Positions 47,007 through 53,627 of a stretch of 64,000 bases of DNA are shown piece by piece. The DNA comes from a virus (Duplodnaviria; Caudoviricetes), in the IMG/VR virus record IMGVR_UViG_3300036546_000207, positions 3,002 to 67,001 of that record. One strand, given 5' to 3'. Under the pieces are notes generated by a model, which worked only from the letters and a program-made list of their open reading frames with translations, searched no databases and was not told the DNA's origin. The position numbers and the translations under genes are program-made. How positions within the stretch are numbered: the first letter of the stretch is position 1; each line of letters starts with the position of its first letter.

Positions 47007-47215
47007 CCCTACCTCTTGACGTATCCCGGTGCTCGGGCCGGTACGACTTTGACCCGGACGGCGAGTGGTGCCCGGAACGCATGAGTTGTGAGCGGTACCG
47101 GGCGTGGATGCTGGGCGATTAAGAAGCAGGCATCCCACATTACAAAGGCATCCCGATCAGCATGGCTGTGCGGGATTGTGAGCATAAGATTGAGGTGAGT
47201 GATGGCGCAGTTTGA
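47003..47215 (+). pseudogene. Small Cys-rich protein with probable premature TAA at 47120..47122
   Basis: MTLPLDVSRC..WCPERMSCERY..LGD*EAGIPH..RDCEHKIEVSDGAV*. The frame stays open for 30 codons after the stop and then overlaps the next gene. Confidence 0.45.
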
Positions 47216-47393
47216 AGAATTACAGAAGGTCAAACACATCAACGGCGGAATATACCGCATCCGTCGCATTCCTGATTATCGAAAGCTGGAGCACAACGGC
47301 GAGGCTTTCTACGAATATGAATCTATTGCTGACGGACAGGTGTGGATTCGATGCCAGTCGGAAATGGAAGATGGCCGTTTCGAGGAAATATGA
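47202..47393 (+). CDS. Hypothetical protein (63 aa)
   Basis: GAGGTG RBS; VKHINGGIYRI..YEYES..VWIR...EMEDGRF. Confidence 0.6.
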   Translation: MAQFEELQKVKHINGGIYRIRRIPDYRKLEHNGEAFYEYESIADGQVWIRCQSEMEDGRFEEI

Positions 47394-47440
47394 CACCGCA
47401 ATTATGAGGCATACCCGATAACAGAATTAAAAGGTAAAGC

Positions 47441-47689
47441 ATGAAGAAATCAAAACTCGCCCTGGCATGCGCCGAGGCAATGACATCACCAATTGCCGCA
47501 CAAGCCGATGCAGTGCTTTATGGTCCCGGTCTGATCACGATTGATGACCCGGACATGAGAGAAATAGAACGCCAGCTGCACTGGGGACGGGTTGAATCAG
47601 TCACTCAGACACATGAGCCGCAGCCAGTACCCTCAACCTACTGGGACTGGCGGGCAGTGTCGCGTGATATGAACCGGAGGCGTCAGTGA
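47441..47689 (+). CDS. Hypothetical protein (82 aa)
   Basis: AAGG RBS; coupled to the next ORF. Confidence 0.5.
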   Translation: MKKSKLALACAEAMTSPIAAQADAVLYGPGLITIDDPDMREIERQLHWGRVESVTQTHEPQPVPSTYWDWRAVSRDMNRRRQ

Positions 47690-47772
47690 TCAAGCTGTTC
47701 CTGGCGCTATTCGTGACAATGATATTCACGGCCTGGCTACTGGCTCGGGCCGCTATGGATGATGAGGATTGA
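47686..47772 (+). CDS. Single-pass membrane peptide (28 aa)
   Basis: GGAGG RBS, GTG start, MIKLFLALFVTMIFTAWLLARAAMDDED. Confidence 0.4.
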   Translation: MIKLFLALFVTMIFTAWLLARAAMDDED

Positions 47773-47773
47773 T

Positions 47774-47974
47774 ATGGACTGGATCAGACTTCCCCAGTAC
47801 CTTGCGCAGACCGGCGAAAGCCGCCGAACCTGGAACAGACTCATCGAAGAAGGCGAACTTCTTGAAGAGTTGCACTATCGTTACGATAATCGCAACCGGG
47901 TATGGGTCAATTTGAAGGCAATGTCAGCATGGGTAGAAGGCAAAAAACCACGGAGACGCCGGAACGCGGCGTAA
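47774..47974 (+). CDS. xis: Excisionase (Xis)
   Basis: MDWIRLPQY..GE...W..EELHY..RVWVNL.AM..WVE winged-helix pattern; overlaps the integrase start. Confidence 0.7.
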   Translation: MDWIRLPQYLAQTGESRRTWNRLIEEGELLEELHYRYDNRNRVWVNLKAMSAWVEGKKPRRRRNAA

Positions 47975-49170
47975 GCATACGCAAAACGCCATCGGGCAAA
48001 GAAGCCCTGCAAATTCAATACACCTTCAGGCGCAAGCGCTACCGCCACTCCCTGAACGTCCCGCCTACCCCGGCCAACATACGGGCCGCAAACCAGAAGA
48101 TCAGCCAGATTCGGCTTGAGATCGAAATGGGCATGTATGACCCTGATCGTCATTTCGCGCCCAAGACTCAAGATGCACGCATCATAGAGCGAACCATTGC
48201 GGAACTGGTCAAAGACCGCATGGACCGCAAGCTGAGACTGTCCGGCTCACAGGGCTGGGAAGAGTCCACCTATGGCGAACGCTTGAAGATGTTTGAAAAG
48301 CATATCAAGCCGAACTTTGGCCACCTCACCCTGCCGGAACTAACCGGTCGTCATATCAAGGCATGGCTCGAAAAAGCTGAGTTTGGCCTGACGCATGGCC
48401 AGCTCATCATGAGCCTGCTCAATCCCATTGTGCGCGAGGCTTTGGCCGAAGGCACTATCGACAAACACCCCTACCAACACATACGGCTGGCCGAATATCT
48501 CGGCCAAGCCACCACTCGCCAGCGGAAAGAGCGCATCGATCCGTTGGGTGAAGAGGAGATACACCTGCTGCTGCAGGCATTCACCGATCCCCAGGTGCGC
48601 AACTACTACCAGTTTATGCTGTTCACCGGACTGCGCCTGCAGGAGGGCCCGGTGGTTGAATGGGGCGACATAGACTGGAACAACCGGACGATAACCGTAT
48701 CGAGAGCCGTAGGCTTTGCCAATAACGAGGAGTACCTGAAAACCACAAAGACCGGCGAAGAGCGCATTGTGGAGTTGCTGCCACCGGCCTGGGAGGCCCT
48801 GCAGGACCAGCGCCAATACAGCCAGCTCGCAGGCGGCCTGATATTCAGGCCAAAGAACAAAACCCGAGGCAACCGTTACGACTGGATGGCCCGGACCCAC
48901 CTTCGAAGTTTGTGGACCAGCGGGCTGAAGAGAGCGGGCATCCGGCACACTAACCGGTCACCGAAGCAGACCCGACACACGTTTTGCTCATTGATGATTG
49001 CGGCAGGCAAGCCGCTTACGTGGGTAGCCCAGCAGGCAGGCCATTCGAGCCTTGCCATGCTCGAGCGGCACTACGCCAAGGCGGTGCGCCTGGCAGCAGG
49101 CAAGCATCAGGACTACGACTTTACCAAAGCGCTCGAGGAGGCCCGTGAGCGTGCGGCGCAGGCTGAATAG
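47929..49170 (+). CDS. int: Tyrosine integrase with N-terminal arm-binding domain (DUF3596-like)
   Basis: TGLRLQE, KTTKT, QTRHTF, AGHSS..HY catalytic set. Start could be 47902 or 47929. Confidence 0.92.
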   Translation: MGRRQKTTETPERGVSIRKTPSGKEALQIQYTFRRKRYRHSLNVPPTPANIRAANQKISQIRLEIEMGMYDPDRHFAPKTQDARIIERTIAELVKDRMDRKLRLSGSQGWEESTYGERLKMFEKHIKPNFGHLTLPELTGRHIKAWLEKAEFGLTHGQLIMSLLNPIVREALAEGTIDKHPYQHIRLAEYLGQATTRQRKERIDPLGEEEIHLLLQAFTDPQVRNYYQFMLFTGLRLQEGPVVEWGDIDWNNRTITVSRAVGFANNEEYLKTTKTGEERIVELLPPAWEALQDQRQYSQLAGGLIFRPKNKTRGNRYDWMARTHLRSLWTSGLKRAGIRHTNRSPKQTRHTFCSLMIAAGKPLTWVAQQAGHSSLAMLERHYAKAVRLAAGKHQDYDFTKALEEARERAAQAE

Positions 49171-49171
49171 C

Positions 49172-49389
49172 CGTGTGTCAAACGTGTGTCAAAATTTGGC
49201 ACATTATGTCCTATCATGGCCGACTACTGTACGGAAAGACATAGCCTAATTTATTGAAAAACAAGCAAAAACGTTATTTTCAGGTCGTCCCATGAACACC
49301 ATGAACCAGTTCTGAAAAGGGTGAATTTCACCTTTAAAAACAAAGGGTTGAAAATATAAGATATTACGTGTGTCAAACGTGTGTCAAAA
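49172..49389. other. attP-like site: two tandem pairs of arm-type repeats, two IHF-like sites and a central core region
   Basis: CGTGTGTCAAA at 49172, 49183, 49367 and 49378. YAANNNNTTGA at 49247 and 49341. Phage genes on both sides. Confidence 0.75.
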
Positions 49390-49402
49390 AGACCCTTAAA
49401 TG

Positions 49403-49438
49403 ACGCGCCGCTCTTCCCCTAGGTGGCGCGTTTTTTTT
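49403..49438 (+). terminator. Intrinsic terminator of the early/integrase transcript
   Basis: ACGCGCC/GGCGCGT stem followed by T8. Confidence 0.65.
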
Positions 49439-49443
49439 CGCAT

Positions 49444-49465
49444 AAAAAAAGGCGCCGTAGCGCCT
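49444..49465 (-). terminator. Intrinsic terminator of the lysis operon
   Basis: AGGCGC-TACG-GCGCCT (UNCG tetraloop) followed by T7. Confidence 0.75.
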
Positions 49466-49481
49466 ATCTCTGATTGCCATA

Positions 49482-49964
49482 TCACCTCGGCTTGAGCACC
49501 TCTGTACTCACCCCCGCCCGCTTGTCGATCGAACGCATCGCACCAATGCCAAGCATGGCACCCAGTAAGCCGATCAGATCGGTCAATCCAAGGTCAGGGA
49601 ACTCCGGCAGCATCAGATCACCCTCTGCAGGCATTCCTGCACCCAGGACGATATAGCAATTCCACGCCCACATGGCAGTCAGTAGCAATGCCTTTGGCAT
49701 GTACGCCATCGCCAGCGAGATAGCCGCTACCCACCCGACCATTGGACGCCACCCAGCCACAAACAGGCTCTTGTGCTGAGCCTCAGCCTTGTTGACCTCA
49801 ACCTGGGCCAGCATTAGCTGTACGTGCGCCTGCAGCTCGGCAAGGCTGCCCTTCTGTGCCAGTTCGGCCAGCTTGCGCTGTTCTTCGGCCTGCTGGGCAG
49901 GATCCGGCCAGATGCGCTTAATTGCCGCATCACCGATCGAAAGAATCGCAGATATTGCATCCAT
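49482..49964 (-). CDS. Holin (3TM / GTA-holin-like family)
   Basis: IWPDP..QVEVNKAEAQHKSLFVAGWRP.VGW..LLGAMLGIGAMRS.DK. Confidence 0.8.
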   Translation of the reverse strand: MDAISAILSIGDAAIKRIWPDPAQQAEEQRKLAELAQKGSLAELQAHVQLMLAQVEVNKAEAQHKSLFVAGWRPMVGWVAAISLAMAYMPKALLLTAMWAWNCYIVLGAGMPAEGDLMLPEFPDLGLTDLIGLLGAMLGIGAMRSIDKRAGVSTEVLKPR

Positions 49965-50422
49965 TACGCCTTCACCTCTTCGTCAACACTCAGAATGATC
50001 GCCATTAGTCGCTGCTTGAGCTCTTCAACAACGCCCGGGCTGCCAACCCCCTCACCCAGCAGCATATATGCCTCCAACGCCTCTTTCTTGACGCCGTGGT
50101 GCCGGTCCTGCAGATCGGCAATGCGCGTCTCGAGGCCGTGGATTCGCTTCATCAGCTCTTCGCGCTCTGAGGCATGCTCTCGCTTAATGGATTCGATATC
50201 GTCCTTGTGGCGCTGCTCCAGGCGCTGCTGGGCCTGCGACAGACGCTCAACCTCAAGGCGTAGGGTTTCGATTACACTGACCTGAGCCCCGTCTTGAATG
50301 GTGGAGACCCGTGTAGCTGAAAATTCAGACCATAGCCTGCGCAAAATCAGCAGTATCGCGATCAGGCCACCCGCCCCGCCGCCGGTTGTCATGAGCACCT
50401 TGATAGTCTCAGCTTCGCTCAC
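49964..50422 (-). CDS. Membrane-anchored coiled-coil protein (lysis accessory / antiholin candidate)
   Basis: One N-terminal TM helix followed by a coiled coil; coupled to the holin. Confidence 0.55.
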   Translation of the reverse strand: MSEAETIKVLMTTGGGAGGLIAILLILRRLWSEFSATRVSTIQDGAQVSVIETLRLEVERLSQAQQRLEQRHKDDIESIKREHASEREELMKRIHGLETRIADLQDRHHGVKKEALEAYMLLGEGVGSPGVVEELKQRLMAIILSVDEEVKA

Positions 50423-50921
50423 AGTCGCGCCCCTTCTTCTGTAGCGCCATCCATTGAATGTCGCGCCGCTTAATCCCTGTACGTATCAACACCCATCCTG
50501 CAGCACAACCAAGCGAAAGCTCACTGCCAGTAGCGGCCGGCAGCGTGCCTGCTGAGGTGAACAACCCGATGATGATGTACCACCAAAGGAAGGCATTAAA
50601 ACCCGCAAAAGCCGCCGAAACGCGACCGTGATACCGCCCTGATATCAAGATTGTCCATTGCGCCAGCGCGGTCAGAGTGAACACGATAGCCCAAGACGTT
50701 TGCCCCATTACCTGAGTCATGGCGGCATAGTGGTCTGCGCTCAGTGCGTTATCGGTGCAAAACAGACTGACCGCCCAAAATGTCTCAGCCAGCGCCAATG
50801 AAAAGCGCGTTGCTGTCAGATCAACCTCGATGGTCAAGCGTTTGATCATAGACAGAATGCGCTCCAGCGCTGACGGCTTTTCGTGTCGTGCCTTGCGGTC
50901 ACAATGTGAGAGGTTGCTCAT
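50409..50921 (-). CDS. Multi-pass membrane protein (170 aa)
   Basis: About four hydrophobic helices; first gene of the putative lysis operon. Confidence 0.6.
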   Translation of the reverse strand: MSNLSHCDRKARHEKPSALERILSMIKRLTIEVDLTATRFSLALAETFWAVSLFCTDNALSADHYAAMTQVMGQTSWAIVFTLTALAQWTILISGRYHGRVSAAFAGFNAFLWWYIIIGLFTSAGTLPAATGSELSLGCAAGWVLIRTGIKRRDIQWMALQKKGRDCERS

Positions 50922-50951
50922 GGGGTTGCCTGGTTGAATGGTTACAGGCTC

Positions 50952-50991
50952 ATTGTGGCGGCGCGGGCATGCCGAGACTCGCTATTTTTCC
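50952..50991 (-). promoter_or_regulatory. Putative late promoter (GGAAA-N29-CACAAT) of the lysis operon, overlapping the RT stop codon
   Basis: Shared motif; spacing is one base shorter than at the other five sites. Confidence 0.45.
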
Positions 50992-52031
50992 GGGATAGAC
51001 TTTGTGTTACGCACCAAGACAAGATCGCCAAGGACGCCTTCAACCGTCTTGTGTGCCTGGCAGTGCTTTGTATAAGCCAAGAACGACATTACCCGGCTCC
51101 TTACAGTTGAAAATGATTCCCTGCCATTCGCGTATCGCTTCGAAAGCGCGCGGAAATCTCTACGGGCGCGCTTTATGTTTCTTTTGCGAGGCAGAATATG
51201 CGTTGGCCATGTCCGGTAACCACAGAAGTCTATGCCACGCTGCCATGGATGAATTGCAGTTTTGGGATTCATGCTGAGCCCAAGGCTATTTACCTCAGAG
51301 GTAAGGGCTTTAAGAGTTTTTACTGCTGTTTTTTTATCAGGAAGAACAGCAACAAAGTCATCCATATACCGAACATAATATTCAATACCTAAATCGTCCT
51401 TTGCAAAGTGATCTAGTCTGTTAAGCACTATGTTCGCACCAAGCTGGCTTGTAAGGGCGCCTACCGGCAATCCAACACCTTCATCATGCCCATAACCAGA
51501 GCAGTTCCTAAACCACAAGTCTACAATCTTTTTGTCGGATATAACTCTGCCAAATTCGTGCATTAAAACATCATGCTTAATACTGGCAAAATATCGACTA
51601 ATATCAGCTTTCAATATGTAGCAGCTATTGCCCCACTTCCTTAGCGCACATCGAATAAAATGCTGAACTCGATTCACAGCTCGCTGGGTGCCTTTGTTAC
51701 GACGACAAGCGTATGAGTCGTAGATAAACCTGTCCTCAAAGAATGGCTCAACCAAACCAACAAGAGCATGATGCAACACCCTGTCACCAAATGGCGGCGC
51801 CTGTATGGCCCTGCGCTTTGGCTCAAATACTACAAACTCTCTCGGCTTGCCTGGGCGCCATGAGTTCCAGATAAGGTGGTTTTGAAGATTTACAATATTT
51901 TCTTCCACGTTGGATGTGTATTTAAGAACCTCTGGCTGGTAACGCTTACTTGCTCTTGCTCGAAGATAAGCGCTATAAAGACTCTCAAACTGGATCAAGT
52001 CTTCCCATAGGTTTTTAATTGTGCGAGGCAT
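50982..52031 (-). CDS. DGR reverse transcriptase
   Basis: F.DRVLHHAL, LKADISRYF.SI.H, GLPVGALTSQ (DGR-type GxxxSQ), YVRYMDDF, GIDFCGY. Confidence 0.95.
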   Translation of the reverse strand: MPRTIKNLWEDLIQFESLYSAYLRARASKRYQPEVLKYTSNVEENIVNLQNHLIWNSWRPGKPREFVVFEPKRRAIQAPPFGDRVLHHALVGLVEPFFEDRFIYDSYACRRNKGTQRAVNRVQHFIRCALRKWGNSCYILKADISRYFASIKHDVLMHEFGRVISDKKIVDLWFRNCSGYGHDEGVGLPVGALTSQLGANIVLNRLDHFAKDDLGIEYYVRYMDDFVAVLPDKKTAVKTLKALTSEVNSLGLSMNPKTAIHPWQRGIDFCGYRTWPTHILPRKRNIKRARRDFRALSKRYANGRESFSTVRSRVMSFLAYTKHCQAHKTVEGVLGDLVLVRNTKSIPEK

Positions 52032-52196
52032 TAATCTATCTCAGAGGAATGTTGTTGACAGGCACTGCCACATTCGCGGTTATATAGCTACTAGCCGCAG
52101 CGCCCTATATATCTTCGACCACATGGTCATGATACTGGCCCCAAAGGATACGCACTGGCAAGCACTCCTTAAAGCACTTACTTCTGGCGATAGTCG

Positions 52197-52303
52197 TTTG
52201 CGAGGCGGCCGCCGATGTTCGTGTTCGAGTTCGAAGCAGCGTTGTTGACGTTCAGATAGAAGAGACCAGCGTTGGCCCCGTTGCTCCAATTGCCGCCGTG
52301 TTA
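52197..52303 (-). repeat. DGR template repeat (TR)
   Basis: 107 bp aligning without gaps to 53635..53741; non-coding; eight AAC triplets in the target frame. Confidence 0.95.
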
Positions 52304-52321
52304 AGCCAGCACCATCTATTC

Positions 52322-52678
52322 TTATTTTCTAGAAGCATCTGCCTCCTGCTTTATCCAGCCGCCGACCATTCGGCCAACTTCGTTTATGTGCCGCATCCAG
52401 ATATCAAGCCGCCGTGTATTTATATAGCCAAGCCTGTGGGATTTTCGAACGCGCGCGCGCAGAACTTCAATTTCAACATCGATATCAAAAAGGGCAGCTG
52501 ATTTTTGGCGGCGTTTCCATGCAATGACAACAAGCCGCATAAGCTGGCCTGTCGAGTCGCGTATATCAGCGCACAACAAATGGCGCTCAAGTTTGGGGAA
52601 TTGGTGCAAAACCGTATGGCTGTAGCTGTCCAACTCCTCAAGCTTTACCATAAGCGCGAGCGATTCAACACCACTCAT
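52322..52678 (-). CDS. avd: DGR accessory variability determinant Avd
   Basis: 118-aa basic four-helix protein (QFPK.ER..L..I..EVGRMVGGWIK) immediately upstream of TR. Confidence 0.92.
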   Translation of the reverse strand: MSGVESLALMVKLEELDSYSHTVLHQFPKLERHLLCADIRDSTGQLMRLVVIAWKRRQKSAALFDIDVEIEVLRARVRKSHRLGYINTRRLDIWMRHINEVGRMVGGWIKQEADASRK

Positions 52679-52992
52679 GACAGAGGAGGCGTCGGTTTGC
52701 CTCGGTCGTGCTCAATGCTTTTTTCGCAGTGATTGGGATCCAGGCGATCCAAAAAACGGCACAGCAAGCACCCCCACTTGCGCCCCCTGCGCGCAGCTTT
52801 TCCGGCCCGACTGCTGATGGTTTCATCTTCATGACCACCAAAAACCACATTTGCCAGTTGATCGTGTGCGACCGCAAGGCGCCATGCGCGCTGACTACCT
52901 GCCAGAGCAGAAAGCAGCATCCAGAGGCAGGCCAAAATGCCTGCCGCCGTGCAGATTAACCAAAGCATCAGCAATGCAATCCGCTTTACCAT
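52675..52992 (-). CDS. Small membrane-associated phage protein (105 aa)
   Basis: N-terminal TM, DQLANV.FGG.EDETISSR.G..W...C..L..LDPNHC; stop overlaps the avd start. Confidence 0.65.
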   Translation of the reverse strand: MVKRIALLMLWLICTAAGILACLWMLLSALAGSQRAWRLAVAHDQLANVVFGGHEDETISSRAGKAARRGRKWGCLLCRFLDRLDPNHCEKSIEHDRGKPTPPLS

Positions 52993-53564
52993 TGCAAAAG
53001 CTCCAGCTCTTCAACCGTTGTAGCGCGCTCAACTTGATCCTCGAGCGACTGCCTCCGACCGATGATCTCGCCAGCCGCTGCCGCGTAAGCCTCCATCTTC
53101 AATACTACGCGCGCTGCGAGATCACTCAACTCAACACCACGCGCAGACGAGATTGCAGAAAGCAACGGCGCTGGCTGTGTGGGATCGGCAAGGATGCGCT
53201 CAGCCTCCTTTACTTGCTGAGGCCAGCTGGAGACTTCATGTTCAGGGTACTGACTTGCTAGTTTCGCGATCTCTTCATCACAAGACTGGCTTAGCTGGGT
53301 TATCAGCTCGCGTTTTCGGTGCCTCAGGCGTGCATTACCACTCGGCTCAATCGCGATCTGTTTCAGTAGCCGGTAGGAACCAGTCGCACACGCAGGCACC
53401 TCTTCGACGGCACCGTTTTCAGTGACAGAAACAAATATTCCTTTTTCACGATACTCTTCCGGAACACTCCAGATTGAGACCGAAGCCTCTCTGCCGGTTT
53501 CAGGGATCGTCATCATGGCTTTGCCATTGATATGCAAAATATGATCAATAATCTCGATATTCAT
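52986..53564 (-). CDS. Tail fibre assembly-like protein (DUF4376-like C-terminus)
   Basis: YP.HE..SWPQQ..EA..APLL.AI..ARG...LA.RV..K...Y....G..IGRRQ.LED. Confidence 0.65.
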   Translation of the reverse strand: MNIEIIDHILHINGKAMMTIPETGREASVSIWSVPEEYREKGIFVSVTENGAVEEVPACATGSYRLLKQIAIEPSGNARLRHRKRELITQLSQSCDEEIAKLASQYPEHEVSSWPQQVKEAERILADPTQPAPLLSAISSARGVELSDLAARVVLKMEAYAAAAGEIIGRRQSLEDQVERATTVEELELLQW

Positions 53565-53578
53565 AATCTAGCTCCTGA

Positions 53579-53597
53579 CCTCCCGCTTGGCGGGAGG
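53579..53597 (-). other. DGR target-recognition hairpin/cruciform downstream of VR
   Basis: CCTCCCGC-caa-GCGGGAGG perfect 8-bp GC stem, about 30 nt after the target stop codon. Confidence 0.8.
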
Positions 53598-53627
53598 CCG
53601 TAGACAAAACACAAGTTACAAAACCCG

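Noticed and set aside
49172-49389. Repeated 23-mer as a mini CRISPR array or IS end
   Set aside because: Only two copies, about 170 bp apart, each itself a tandem 11-mer, next to an integrase; this fits arm-type sites. No cas or transposase present.
1-50981. Second DGR target elsewhere in the window
   Set aside because: No other copy of the TR core (GGCGGCAATTGG / GGCGGCCGCCTCGC) was noticed by eye; a BLASTn of TR against the full genome would settle it.
50982-52031. RT as a retron, group II intron, Abi or CRISPR-associated RT
   Set aside because: The GxxxSQ motif, adjacent avd, and TR/VR pair with adenine-specific changes define a DGR; no maturase domain, msr/msd or cas genes.
52021-52289. 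Short ORFs across TR and the spacer
   Set aside because: This interval is the TR-spacer RNA of the DGR; the ORFs have no RBS or coding signature.
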